Assembly (NCBI GenBank): GCA_903851135.1
Contig: CAINNK010000008.1
Location: 13,136-77,135 of the forward strand
DNA length: 64,000 nucleotides
Direction of reading: 5' to 3'
DNA from: an uncultured bacterium
GTDB lineage: Bacteria > Patescibacteriota > Minisyncoccia > Moranbacterales > GWC2-37-73
Positions 31,659 to 41,379 of the stretch are shown piece by piece. Each line of letters begins with the position of its first letter. Positions within the stretch are counted from its first letter, which is position 1. The notes under the pieces were generated by a model. That model was not told where the DNA came from, made no database searches, and was given only the letters and a program-made list of their open reading frames with translations. The position numbers and the translations under genes are program-made.

Positions 31659-32342
31659 ATGCAAATCGTGATACCTACTGCCGGAAGAGGAACTCGGATG
31701 AAGAATTTGACAGACAATGTTCCGAAAAATATGCTTCTGATAAAAGGCAAACCGATTTTAGCATGGAAACTGGAAGCATTGCCGACTGAAATTGATGAAG
31801 TGATTTTCATTATTGGTTATTTGGGTCAGCAGATTAAAGATTATTTTGGAAATTCTTACGATGGCAAAAAAATTTCTTATTCAGTGCAAGAGAAATTGAA
31901 TGGTTCTGGCGGGGCTCTTCATTTGGTTAAAGGCTTGGTTGAGAATGATTTTTTGGTGATGAATGGTGATGATTTATATTTGAAAAAAGATGTTGAAAAT
32001 ATTTTGAAATACGACTTAGCAATGTTAGGCTTAGAAATAAATGCCTCGGACAAATTTGGAGTTATTAGCTTTGATGAAAATGGAAACCTGAAAGAAATAA
32101 TTGAAAAAGGAAAAGTTGTTGGCTCCGCGCTTGCTAATGTTGGACTTTATAAATTAAATAAAAAGTTTTTTGATTATCCTTTAGTCCCGATTGGAAATGA
32201 AGAGTTTGGCCTGCCGCAAACTTTGGTTTTGATGGCTAAGGAATTTCCGGTTCATGTTGAAAAAGCCACTGACTGGTTTGCGATTGGAGACCCGGAGCAG
32301 TTGGAAAAAGCCCAGGAAATTATTGATAAGTTTACTAACTAA
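31659..32342 (+). CDS. Sugar-phosphate nucleotidyltransferase family protein
   Basis: AGRGTRM...PK, NGDD motif. Confidence 0.88.
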   Translation: MQIVIPTAGRGTRMKNLTDNVPKNMLLIKGKPILAWKLEALPTEIDEVIFIIGYLGQQIKDYFGNSYDGKKISYSVQEKLNGSGGALHLVKGLVENDFLVMNGDDLYLKKDVENILKYDLAMLGLEINASDKFGVISFDENGNLKEIIEKGKVVGSALANVGLYKLNKKFFDYPLVPIGNEEFGLPQTLVLMAKEFPVHVEKATDWFAIGDPEQLEKAQEIIDKFTN

Positions 32343-32477
32343 TAAACACGGATTTATAACGGATTCATGCGGATCACGGATTAAAAAAAGGAATAAATTT
32401 GTGATTAGTAAAAATCTGTAATTGATTAGTGATTAGTGAAAATCCGTAAATAATCCGTATAAATTAGTTTTATTGCT

Positions 32478-33506
32478 ATGGAGAGAAAAAAAATTGTGAC
32501 AATTGGTGGTGGAAATGGGAGCTTCACTCTATTGAATGGATTGAAAAAATATTCCGTGGATTTGACAGCGATTGTTTCAATGACTGATAACGGTGGGGCA
32601 AGTGGAGTTTTGCGAGATGAGTTGGGTGTGCTTCCACCAGGAGATGTGAGACAATGCTTGGTGGCGCTTAGTGATTCTTCTGAAATGCTACGAAAATTGA
32701 TGAATTATCGTTTTGAAGAAGGCGGGCTCAAGGGTCATAGTTTTGGCAACTTGCTTCTTTCGGCGTTGGAAAAAATCAATGGAAGTTTTGCCAAAGGTGT
32801 TGAAGAGGCAGTTAATATCTTGAATGTGAAAGGCGAGGTGGTTCCAGTGCTGGAGCGAGACACAAACATTTTGTTTGAACTTAAAAATGGTGAAAAAATA
32901 TCAGGCGTGGTTAATGTGGATCATAGCTTTGATTTGACTAAGGTTGGGCTTAAGAAAGCTTCTCTTTTTCCAAAAGCAAAAGCCAGCAAGAAAGCGATTG
33001 AAAGACTTTTGGAGGCGGATATGATTGTGATTGGTCCAGGGCATCATTATTGCAGCATTATTCCGAATTTACTGGCAGATGGAATTCCGCAGGCAATTAG
33101 GGATTCAAAAGCAGTGGTGGTTTATAATTGCAATTTGGTGAACAAGCAAGGCCATACAGATGGTTTTTCTTTGGATGATTATGTGGCTGATATTAATAAA
33201 TATCTGGGAGGAGAGAGGATAAATTTCGTTACCTTCAACAGTCAAAAACCAGCCGCTTATTTGATTAAAAAATATGCAGACCAAAAAGAATTGTTGGTGA
33301 ATTTTGCAAAAGAAGAAAAAACTGACAGGAATTATAAAATTGTGAAAGCTGATTTGGTTAGTGGAGAAAAACCAAATTATAGTAAAGTTGATGTGTTTGC
33401 AAGTCGTCGAGCTTTCATCCGCCATGACAGCAATAAATTAGCCAAAGTTTTAATGATGATTCTGGAAATGGGCGATCGTGAAAATATCATTAAAGAAATT
33501 ATTTAA
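32478..33506 (+). CDS. YvcK/CofD-related protein (gluconeogenesis factor family)
   Basis: IVTIGGGNG, DNGGASGVLRDELGVLPPGDVR, GHSFGNL, IRHD. Confidence 0.9.
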   Translation: MERKKIVTIGGGNGSFTLLNGLKKYSVDLTAIVSMTDNGGASGVLRDELGVLPPGDVRQCLVALSDSSEMLRKLMNYRFEEGGLKGHSFGNLLLSALEKINGSFAKGVEEAVNILNVKGEVVPVLERDTNILFELKNGEKISGVVNVDHSFDLTKVGLKKASLFPKAKASKKAIERLLEADMIVIGPGHHYCSIIPNLLADGIPQAIRDSKAVVVYNCNLVNKQGHTDGFSLDDYVADINKYLGGERINFVTFNSQKPAAYLIKKYADQKELLVNFAKEEKTDRNYKIVKADLVSGEKPNYSKVDVFASRRAFIRHDSNKLAKVLMMILEMGDRENIIKEII

Positions 33507-33633
33507 ATAACGAATAAGGGCAGATTAATAACAGATTAAAACGGATCACGGATTAGTAGTTGATTAATAATTAGTATGAGCGATTAAACAAAAAATTCGT
33601 GATTAGTGAAAATTCGTGAAAATTTGTAATTCT

Positions 33634-35091
33634 ATGGAAAAACAAAATCAAACAAATCAAAATGATTCTCAGGTGAAATTGCTTTCGCTTTCGCAGTTTC
33701 GGCGCGAGTTGGGGATCCCTCTTATTTTGGCAAAAAAATTGATTGTTTGGGGTGAGATTGAGTCAGTGAAAGCGCTGGATGGAACGCTGCGAATTGCTGC
33801 GCCAGAAATTGCGGTGGCAAAAAAACTCATTGGCACGCCAATCGGCAAGGCAAGGCTTTTTATTAAAGCGCTTGGGCCGGGTTTAATCACGGGCGCTTCA
33901 GATGACGATCCTTCTGGAATTGGAACTTATTCAGCCGTTGGTGCTACATTTGGTCTTTCAATTTTGTGGATGGCAGTTTGGCTTCTGCCAATTGTTACAG
34001 CTATCCAAGAAGCTTGCGCTCGAATTGGAGTAGTTACTAATAAGGGTTTGGCTGAGGTAATCAAGCAACATTACAGTCGCAAAATTTTGCTTGGGGCAAT
34101 CAGCTTGTTAATCATTGCCAATGTAGTTAATATTGGGGCCGATCTTGGGGCGATGGCGGCGGCAATTGGAATGTTTAGCAATCTTAATACTTATCTGGTT
34201 ATTATCTTACTGACTGTTGGTATAACGTTGTTGGAGATTTTTGTGCAGTATCATTTCTATGTGAAGTTTTTGAAGTTCCTGGCTCTTTCAGTGGTGGCCT
34301 ACGTTATTACTGGCTTTTTGATTCATCCGGATTGGCTGAATGTTTTCAAGAATTCTTTCATTCCAAACATACAATTTAGCAGCCAGTATTTGTTTGCAAT
34401 GGTGGCGGTCTTTGGCACGACAATCACACCTTATCTTTTTTTCTGGCAAGCTTCAGAAGAAGTTGAGGAAGGTAAGCTGCTTGAATATAAATATAAGACA
34501 AAAAAAAGACTGATCGATCGGATGGCTCACATGCGAATGGATGTTTATACGGGTATGCTTTTGGCAAATGTAGTTTTTTATTTTATCGTTCTGACAACAG
34601 CTCAAGTGCTTTTTTCGCATGGAGTCACTAGTATCAATACCGCAGCTGATGCGGCCAAAGCCTTGGCTCCACTGGCTGGAAAAAATGCGGCGGCGCTTTT
34701 TGCTTTTGGTATTATTGGGACTGGGCTGCTGGCAATCCCGGTGCTGGCTGGCAGTGGAGCATATGCGCTCTCGGAAGTTTTGAGTTGGAATGAAGGATTG
34801 GAGTTTAAATTTTTACAAGCTAAAGGCTTTTATTTAATCATCATTCTTTCGATTGTCTTTGGCGCTTTGTTTAATTTTCTGCAAATCAACCCGATTACGG
34901 CGCTCTATTACGCTGCCTTTTTGAATGGGATTATCGCTATTCCACTTTTGTATTTGATTATGAAAATTGGAGATAGGCAGGATATTATGGGAGATGAACG
35001 TCATCCAAAATGGGTGAAATTTTTCGGTTGGTTTGCAGTTGTAGCCATGACTATTGCAATTGTGGTGATGATTGTGATGAATTTTGTTTAG
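33634..35091 (+). CDS. NRAMP-family divalent metal transporter with N-terminal HTH-like extension
   Basis: LGPGLITGASDDDPSGIGTYS, GTTITPYLFFWQ, many TM helices. Confidence 0.88.
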   Translation: MEKQNQTNQNDSQVKLLSLSQFRRELGIPLILAKKLIVWGEIESVKALDGTLRIAAPEIAVAKKLIGTPIGKARLFIKALGPGLITGASDDDPSGIGTYSAVGATFGLSILWMAVWLLPIVTAIQEACARIGVVTNKGLAEVIKQHYSRKILLGAISLLIIANVVNIGADLGAMAAAIGMFSNLNTYLVIILLTVGITLLEIFVQYHFYVKFLKFLALSVVAYVITGFLIHPDWLNVFKNSFIPNIQFSSQYLFAMVAVFGTTITPYLFFWQASEEVEEGKLLEYKYKTKKRLIDRMAHMRMDVYTGMLLANVVFYFIVLTTAQVLFSHGVTSINTAADAAKALAPLAGKNAAALFAFGIIGTGLLAIPVLAGSGAYALSEVLSWNEGLEFKFLQAKGFYLIIILSIVFGALFNFLQINPITALYYAAFLNGIIAIPLLYLIMKIGDRQDIMGDERHPKWVKFFGWFAVVAMTIAIVVMIVMNFV

Positions 35092-35104
35092 GGAGATTTT
35101 TTAA

Positions 35105-35245
35105 CATAAGTATAATTTTTCTGCGAATTAAACTCAAAACTTTTTATTGTAGCTAAAATTTTCCCTCAATCAACGCGGCCAATGGAAAATTTTAGACAAT
35201 AAAAAGTTTTTCAAACAGTAATTCTTAGAAAAATTATACTTATAT
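35105..35245. repeat. Long AT-rich imperfect inverted repeat, MITE-like
   Basis: Nested arms ATAAGTATAATTTTT / AAAAATTATACTTAT, AAAACTTTTTATTGT / ACAATAAAAAGTTTT, AAAATTTTCC / GGAAAATTTT. Confidence 0.65.
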
Positions 35246-35347
35246 CAAAAAATGAATTTATCTGAACCTAACATTGGATATTAAGCATTGAAAATTAAGT
35301 ATTTTTTCATGTTCAATGTAGTATGATTTGTGCTGTATGATAACCCT

Positions 35348-35890
35348 ATGGATAAATTTGAAATTAAAATTGTAAAATATTTCAATCAAATCGGTTCAAA
35401 AAAAATTGATAAATTTTTGGGCGCAGTTAATGCGGTCAGCTTCTTGGCCTTCTTTTGGGTGACGCTTACGGTTATAGCTGTCACAACCCATCCAACTATT
35501 ACGCAAAAATTTGTAGTGGCCGTGCTGATTGTTTGTGTGCTTCATTTTAGTATTACGGAAGGAATCATCAAGCATTTTTTGACTCGTTTTTTTCCCAAGC
35601 GCAAGCGCCCCTATGTCGCTTATCCGGACTCGATAAAATCAGTCGGCAAAAAATTCAGTGATTCATCTTTTCCTTCCAGTCATATGGCTACAACTGTAGC
35701 GATGTTGGTGGTGATTGTTAGTTTTTATCCATCCCTGCTTGCTTTGTCAATCTTGATGATTGTTTTGATGGCTTTTTCCCGCTTGCATAACGGCATGCAT
35801 TATCCCAGTGATGTGCTTGTTGGAATTTGTTTGGGTTTTAGTTATGGTTGGGTGGCGATGCAAATTGTGAGAACATTTTTTTTAATTTAA
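35348..35890 (+). CDS. PAP2-family phosphatase
   Basis: K...RKRP, SFPSSH, SRLHNGMHYPSDV. Confidence 0.9.
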   Translation: MDKFEIKIVKYFNQIGSKKIDKFLGAVNAVSFLAFFWVTLTVIAVTTHPTITQKFVVAVLIVCVLHFSITEGIIKHFLTRFFPKRKRPYVAYPDSIKSVGKKFSDSSFPSSHMATTVAMLVVIVSFYPSLLALSILMIVLMAFSRLHNGMHYPSDVLVGICLGFSYGWVAMQIVRTFFLI

Positions 35891-35902
35891 TTATTGTGAT
35901 TT

Positions 35903-36048
35903 ACCCCGTTAAATAATTTTAAATTTTAGTAAAAATTTAAAATTAAGATTTGAGAGTATGGGGATAAATCTTAGAAAAATATTTAAGAATTATTAATATC
36001 AAGGTTTTTTCTTTCATAGAAAGACTCAAATCTTATTTAACAGGGTGA
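35903..36048. mobile_element. MITE-like inverted-repeat element whose right arm supplies the GTG start of the HAD gene
   Basis: ACCCCGTTAAATAA...TAAGATTTGAG / CTCAAATCTTATTTAACAGGGT(GAAA). Confidence 0.55.
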
Positions 36049-36683
36049 AAATTTTTATCGATTTTGACGACGTGCTTTTTAATACGAAAGATTTCAGTGC
36101 CTATTTGCGAGAGTTTTATGCGGCCAACGGCATCAGTCAAGAACTTGTGCAAAAATATTATTATAATCCAGGCACCGAAAGTCAGCTGAAATTATTTGAC
36201 CCAGAGGGCTTGTTTTCGCGGCTGGAAGAACATGAAAAAATCGATGTCAGCAAATTACGTGAAGGCTTTGTAGCGCAATTAAAAAATCTTTCCAGATTCG
36301 TTTTTGGAGATGTGGAGGATTTTTTGACTCAAATTGGCAAAAAAAATGTGTATTTGGTTTCTTTTGGCTTGCCATCTTTTCAGAACGAAAAAATTATTGG
36401 AAGCGGGATAAACAACTTGGTCAGTGGCTGCGTAGTGACCAAGAATTTGAAAGCGCAAGCAATTGGCCAGGTGATGGAAAAAATGCAAATTAGTCGTGAA
36501 GAAAAAATATTTTTTATTGACGATCGCGTCCAGCAAATTGAGGATGTTAAAAAAGTTTTTCCGCAGGTGCTCACAATCTTTCTTTGTCGCCAAGAAGGAC
36601 GTTACTGTGATCAGAAAAATGAATTTTGCGATTTTGAAATTCATAATTTGCAGGAAGCCCAGGAAATAATTTCTAAATTATAG
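36045..36683 (+). CDS. HAD-superfamily hydrolase
   Basis: IFIDFDDVLFNT motif I, K motif III, FIDDR motif IV. Confidence 0.85.
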   Translation: MKIFIDFDDVLFNTKDFSAYLREFYAANGISQELVQKYYYNPGTESQLKLFDPEGLFSRLEEHEKIDVSKLREGFVAQLKNLSRFVFGDVEDFLTQIGKKNVYLVSFGLPSFQNEKIIGSGINNLVSGCVVTKNLKAQAIGQVMEKMQISREEKIFFIDDRVQQIEDVKKVFPQVLTIFLCRQEGRYCDQKNEFCDFEIHNLQEAQEIISKL

Positions 36684-36687
36684 TAAT

Positions 36688-37794
36688 ATGGCAAGTAATA
36701 AAATCAGGGTCGGGCTTATTTTTGGTGGTAGAAGTGGCGAGCATGAGGTTTCACTCATTTCAGCTTGGAACATTTTTCATGGTTTGGATAGGAAGAAATA
36801 TGAAGTTTCATTGCTGGGCATTGATAGACAGGGAACTTGGCATTTTGGAAAAAAACAAAATTTTTGGGTGAATCCCGAGGATTCAAAAAAAGTTAGGCTA
36901 AATTCTGATGCTTTGGCAGTTACAATTGTGCGCAAAAGAAGTGAAATCTGTGTCATTGACTTGAAAGATGGAAAAAATGTTGCCAAAATCGATGTTTTTT
37001 TCCCAATCACCCATGGAACTTTTGGCGAAGATGGCTGCTTGCAGGGAATGTTGGAAATGTTGGATGCGCCTTTTGTTGGACCAGGCGTGCTTGGTAGTGC
37101 TGTTGGCATGGATAAGGATGTGGCCAAGAAGCTTTTACTTCAAGCTGGACTTAGTATTTCAAAATTTCACACTTTGCGCCTTGGGCAGGACACTGCTAGA
37201 AAAATATCAGAAATTATTGCTGATTTAAAATTTCCAATTTTTGTAAAACCAGCAAATCTTGGTTCTTCAGTTGGAATTTCAAAGGCGGAAAACAAAAAGC
37301 AGTTGCTGTCGGCAATTAAATTGGCTTTTCAATATGATACCAAAATTGTGCTTGAGCAGACAGTGGTTGGCAGAGAAATTGAATGTAGTGTATTGGGCAA
37401 TGAAAGACCGCTAGCCTCAACTCCGGGTGAAATCAAACTCGCAAAAGGTTTTTATTCTTATGCGGCTAAATATTTCGAAGTTGATGTTGCTATGCCGATT
37501 GTGAAAGCGCAGTTATCGAAAGCAACTGTAAAAAAAATTCAAAAATTGGCTGTGGAAGTTTTCCAAGTTCTGCAATGTGAAGGCATGGGACGCGTTGATT
37601 TTTTTCTGACCAAGGAAGACAAAATTTTCGTCAACGAGATTAACACCTTGCCAGGCTTTACTGGTATCAGTATGTATCCAAAAATGCTGGAACAAACCGG
37701 CATCAAATATCAAGACTTGCTTGATAGGTTAATTAGCTTAGCTTTGAAAAGAAAGGAGAATCAGAGAAAATTAAAGCGCGATTTTAAAGCTTAG
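36688..37794 (+). CDS. ddl: D-alanine--D-alanine ligase
   Basis: FGGRSGEHEVS, HGTFGEDG, VKPANLGSSVG, FYSYAAKY, NEINTLPGFT. Confidence 0.96.
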   Translation: MASNKIRVGLIFGGRSGEHEVSLISAWNIFHGLDRKKYEVSLLGIDRQGTWHFGKKQNFWVNPEDSKKVRLNSDALAVTIVRKRSEICVIDLKDGKNVAKIDVFFPITHGTFGEDGCLQGMLEMLDAPFVGPGVLGSAVGMDKDVAKKLLLQAGLSISKFHTLRLGQDTARKISEIIADLKFPIFVKPANLGSSVGISKAENKKQLLSAIKLAFQYDTKIVLEQTVVGREIECSVLGNERPLASTPGEIKLAKGFYSYAAKYFEVDVAMPIVKAQLSKATVKKIQKLAVEVFQVLQCEGMGRVDFFLTKEDKIFVNEINTLPGFTGISMYPKMLEQTGIKYQDLLDRLISLALKRKENQRKLKRDFKA

Positions 37795-37947
37795 TTGAGC
37801 CTCTTTAGGCGGGATTATGCAGAAGTTTATAAATAGGAGAATATGAAACTGTTGACATTTATTCAAAAGATGTTAAGCTTTTTTGTTGTCCTTTTGATTT
37901 TAAATAGTTTTTTCGTTAACCACAATTCATAAAAAAGTGAGGATATT

Positions 37948-38391
37948 ATGCAGGAAAAAGGGAATAAAGTAATTGCCACATTAATTTTTATTTTAGTGGC
38001 AGGCTTTTTGTTGGTAAGTGGAAACACTTACCATAGAATAAAAGTGGAGAAATCCATTTTCCTTAACAAGGAATATCTTAAAATAAGAAAAGAGTTTAAA
38101 GAAACGTCTTTCTGGGATACCCCAGGGGGATACATACAAGACTATAAAGGTGGCGTTCAAAGAGCTGTAGACAAGAGGCGAGCTTTTATGAAAAAAAATT
38201 TCCCAAAAGTTAAAGAAGAAACTTATTGGGAGGTGAGGGCGGTTCGCAACACCATCTATGGAGACCGCGATGAGCATAACTGCCATGAAGCAGTGGTGAT
38301 CCAGTTTGGTTGGGAATTCCCACCTTTCCCATGGGAGAAGGGGAAGTGGAAATCGTATAAGGAGTATCCTCCGTACTCCGAAGAAAAGTAA
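37948..38391 (+). CDS. Hypothetical membrane-anchored protein (stand-alone cassette)
   Basis: N-terminal TM helix, GAGG SD, TTGACA promoter at about 37853, terminator directly after. Confidence 0.65.
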   Translation: MQEKGNKVIATLIFILVAGFLLVSGNTYHRIKVEKSIFLNKEYLKIRKEFKETSFWDTPGGYIQDYKGGVQRAVDKRRAFMKKNFPKVKEETYWEVRAVRNTIYGDRDEHNCHEAVVIQFGWEFPPFPWEKGKWKSYKEYPPYSEEK

Positions 38392-38400
38392 GTGCTATTT

Positions 38401-38455
38401 GCCTTGGACTAGCTGACAGTTTAACTAACTTGTCAGTTGCTCCAAGGCTTTTTTC
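38401..38455 (+). terminator. Rho-independent terminator
   Basis: GCCTTGGA...CTGACAG / CTTGTCAG...TCCAAGGC followed by a T-run. Confidence 0.75.
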
Positions 38456-38497
38456 ATTTGCCTTGACTTTTTACTTTTGGTCGACTATATTTTTAAG

Positions 38498-38868
38498 CAG
38501 AATGAAAGACCTCTTGCTACTCCTTTTTTCAGGCCAAAGTGGTCGTCCAACTTTATTGCGAAAGCATGAAGTTGAATTAAAGGAGTATATGAAACCCCGT
38601 CTTTCCTTTTCCGTGCCATCCAGTAATCGCTGGTTGCTGGTTTCTTTTCTCTGTTCTTTGTTAATCTTAGAAAGTAGGTGTAGTGCATGGTAAGTTAGGG
38701 AGGCTGTAAAACTTCAAACCCACAACATGTACGGGGTGAAGCAAACTTCAAACCTTAAGTGTGGCACTGAAAAGTGCCTCGTGTTTCAAAAAATGCGCAA
38801 TATGCCTATTTTATGCCCCCAACTTTCAGCAGACTATCTGCGAATAAGAAGCTTGGGGGCATTTTATT
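38498..38868 (+). ncRNA. Candidate structured RNA, or mRNA of a 34-aa hydrophobic peptide (38589-38693)
   Basis: TTGACT-17-TATATT promoter 38463-38491, two GAAA-tetraloop hairpins, long-range pairings, terminator 38813-38868. Confidence 0.45.
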
Positions 38869-39001
38869 TAGCTTGACTTTTCTTGCCAAAATAGGGTATA
38901 TTGGAGCCAAATGTTAAAGGCTTTTTAGTTTTGAGTCTTTATGTTTTTGTTGCTCCTTAAATCAATCTTTCAAATGCTTTTTAAACAAAAGGACTACTGC
39001 T

Positions 39002-39673
39002 ATGAATCCTACCATTAAGCGGGCGCTGGTTTCTGTTTCTGACAAGACCGGTGTTGTTGATTTTTGTCGTCAACTGAGTTCAATGGGCGTTATTATTTAT
39101 TCAACTGGTGGAACTTTGAAAACATTACAGGATGAAGAAATTGAGGTCCGTTCAGTTTCTGAAATTACTGGATTCCCTGAGATTATGGATGGTCGAGTCA
39201 AAACTCTCCACCCAAAAATTCATGGTGGATTGCTGGCTGACAGGAATAAACCTAATCACATTGAACAAGCAAGGGCGAATCAGATTGAATTGATTGACCT
39301 GGTAGTGGTGAATCTTTATCCTTTTAAGAAGACAGTTGCCAAGCGGGGAGTTTCATTTGATGAGGCCATTGAGAACATTGATATCGGTGGACCCTCGATG
39401 CTTCGTAGCGCTGCCAAGAATCATAATTCAGTAACAGTAATAACTGATCGTGCTGACTATGCGCTTGTCTTAGAAGAGATGCGAGCAAATAATGGCGCTA
39501 CGGAAAATTCTACTCGCTTTAAACTTGCGCTGAAAGTTTTTGACCTTACTGCTCGTTACGACCGCACTATTACAACCTATCTCAAAAAGATAGAGAAAGC
39601 TAGAGAAAATACCGACGTAAAAACCTTTATGGGACGGTATGAACAACATGAGTTAGATGAGTTGGGTATTTAA
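39002..39673 (+). CDS. purH: Stand-alone IMP cyclohydrolase (N-terminal MGS-like domain of PurH); no AICAR transformylase domain
   Basis: [52 protein letters not shown]; ends at 223 aa, followed by a terminator at 39688-39735. Confidence 0.85.
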   Translation: MNPTIKRALVSVSDKTGVVDFCRQLSSMGVIIYSTGGTLKTLQDEEIEVRSVSEITGFPEIMDGRVKTLHPKIHGGLLADRNKPNHIEQARANQIELIDLVVVNLYPFKKTVAKRGVSFDEAIENIDIGGPSMLRSAAKNHNSVTVITDRADYALVLEEMRANNGATENSTRFKLALKVFDLTARYDRTITTYLKKIEKARENTDVKTFMGRYEQHELDELGI

Positions 39674-39785
39674 ACTAATCAGATAGAGACAGGAGGATTC
39701 ATTGCATTTGCAATGACCTCCTGTTTTATTTTTTTATTGATTTTTTATTTGCCTTAAAAAACTTTTTACGTTAAGGTAAAGATAT

Positions 39786-41006
39786 ATGAACAATCAAAAA
39801 TTGGAACAATTTTTGCAAGATAATAATTTGCCCAAGTTTCGCTTGGGACAAATTCAAAAAGCCATCTTTCAAGACGGAGCTACTTCGTTTGGGGAAATTA
39901 CAACCCTTTCAAAAGATTTGCGAGAAAAAATGGAAAAGGAAATGAGAATCCTTTCTTTTGAGGTTGAAAAAGTTTTGGTGGCCGGTCCTGCCCGCAATGC
40001 TACGCGTAATGTTGCGAATGGCTTTGCTAATAATAACATTTCTTTGTCTCAACAATCTGAAGATAATAACGAGCATAGCGTTGCAGGCGGGGACGGTCAA
40101 TCAATTAAGGCGCTTTTGAAACTTGTTGATGGAAACCTGATTGAAACCGTCCTGATTTCACCCAAGCCGGGCACTTGGTCAGCATGCATTTCTTGCCAGG
40201 TTGGTTGCGCGATGGGTTGCCGCTTTTGCGCCACTGGCAAAATGGGTTTCAAGCGAAATCTGACCGCCGAAGAAATCACCGATCAGATTCTTTTTTGGAA
40301 ACAATACCTTTCTAAAAATCTAAAATCTAAAATCCTAAATCCTAAAACGGATGTTGCTGAAAATAATAAAAAAAATAATTCTGAGCCTTTTGGAATTTGT
40401 AATTTAGAATTTGGAAATTACAATATTGTAAACAATATTGTCTATATGGGTATGGGTGAGCCTTTTAATAATTGGGAAAATGTTTCCCAAAGCATCAATG
40501 ATTTGACAAATGAAAAATTGTTTGGCTTTGGATCGCGCAGTCTTTCGGTTTCAACTTCCGGGATTGCTAGTGGCATTGAAAAAATGTCCAAAGAGTTTCC
40601 GCAAGTAAATCTGGCCATTTCTCTGCATTTTGCCAGTGACGAAAAACGTGACCGTTATATGCCGGTCAACAAAGTTGACAATCTGGAGAATCTAAAAAAA
40701 GCTTTGCAAGAATATTTTCAGGTGACAAAACGAAAAGTTTTTTTGGAATATATTATGCTCGATGGAGTCAATGACACCGCCTTGGATGCCAAAATGCTGG
40801 CGCAGTATTTGCACAGTGTTGGCAATGCACATCTTTTGCATGTGAATTTAATTCGCTATAATGCGACCAGTGTAGATCTGAAACCTTCCTCAAAAAACAG
40901 AACGCAACTTTTCAAAAAAGAATTGGAAAAATATTTCATCAACGCCACCATCCGCAAAAGTTTAGGTGAGGAGATCAAAGGAGCTTGCGGGCAATTGGCC
41001 TCTTAA
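39786..41006 (+). CDS. rlmN: Dual-specificity RNA methyltransferase RlmN (radical SAM) with repeat-derived inserts
   Basis: CISCQVGCAMGCRFCATG, YMGMGEP, LAISLH, GACGQL. Confidence 0.95.
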   Translation: MNNQKLEQFLQDNNLPKFRLGQIQKAIFQDGATSFGEITTLSKDLREKMEKEMRILSFEVEKVLVAGPARNATRNVANGFANNNISLSQQSEDNNEHSVAGGDGQSIKALLKLVDGNLIETVLISPKPGTWSACISCQVGCAMGCRFCATGKMGFKRNLTAEEITDQILFWKQYLSKNLKSKILNPKTDVAENNKKNNSEPFGICNLEFGNYNIVNNIVYMGMGEPFNNWENVSQSINDLTNEKLFGFGSRSLSVSTSGIASGIEKMSKEFPQVNLAISLHFASDEKRDRYMPVNKVDNLENLKKALQEYFQVTKRKVFLEYIMLDGVNDTALDAKMLAQYLHSVGNAHLLHVNLIRYNATSVDLKPSSKNRTQLFKKELEKYFINATIRKSLGEEIKGACGQLAS

Positions 41007-41050
41007 ATACAAAATGTTTATTATTCGATAATTTTTTAAAAAATAATAAA

Positions 41051-41374
41051 ATGGGAAAACAAGAATTGCTGCCTCAATATAACAAAAAGGAATCAAGTCC
41101 TGTAATTAGAATAAAAACAATAGAACAAATAAATAAAGAAATTTTATGGGGAGAGGACACCAAAAATGTGGTAGGCTTTGGGGTAACGTTGTCAATTAAG
41201 GCTAGAAAGGTGATGGTTGCATTTCCTGATAAATATTCTTGGCAATATGGTGTATTTTATCCGGATGGTTCTGTCAATGTAGGCCCTGCTAAATATAAAG
41301 ATAAAGAGGAGGCATTGAATGATGGTGTCGATATTGCAGAGATAGAGATTAGAACTTTGCTACAAGAAGATTAG
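41051..41374 (+). CDS. Hypothetical protein
   Basis: 107-aa ORF from ATG 41051; plausible composition, no recognised motif. Confidence 0.55.
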   Translation: MGKQELLPQYNKKESSPVIRIKTIEQINKEILWGEDTKNVVGFGVTLSIKARKVMVAFPDKYSWQYGVFYPDGSVNVGPAKYKDKEEALNDGVDIAEIEIRTLLQED

Positions 41375-41379
41375 TTCTT

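Noticed and set aside
38498-38868. RNase P RNA, tmRNA or SRP RNA
   Set aside because: No GAGGAAAGTCC, no tRNA-like ends, no SRP loop consensus recognised.
38700-39000. ZTP or purine riboswitch upstream of purH
   Set aside because: Consensus blocks not found, and a terminator plus a new promoter-like site separate this region from purH.
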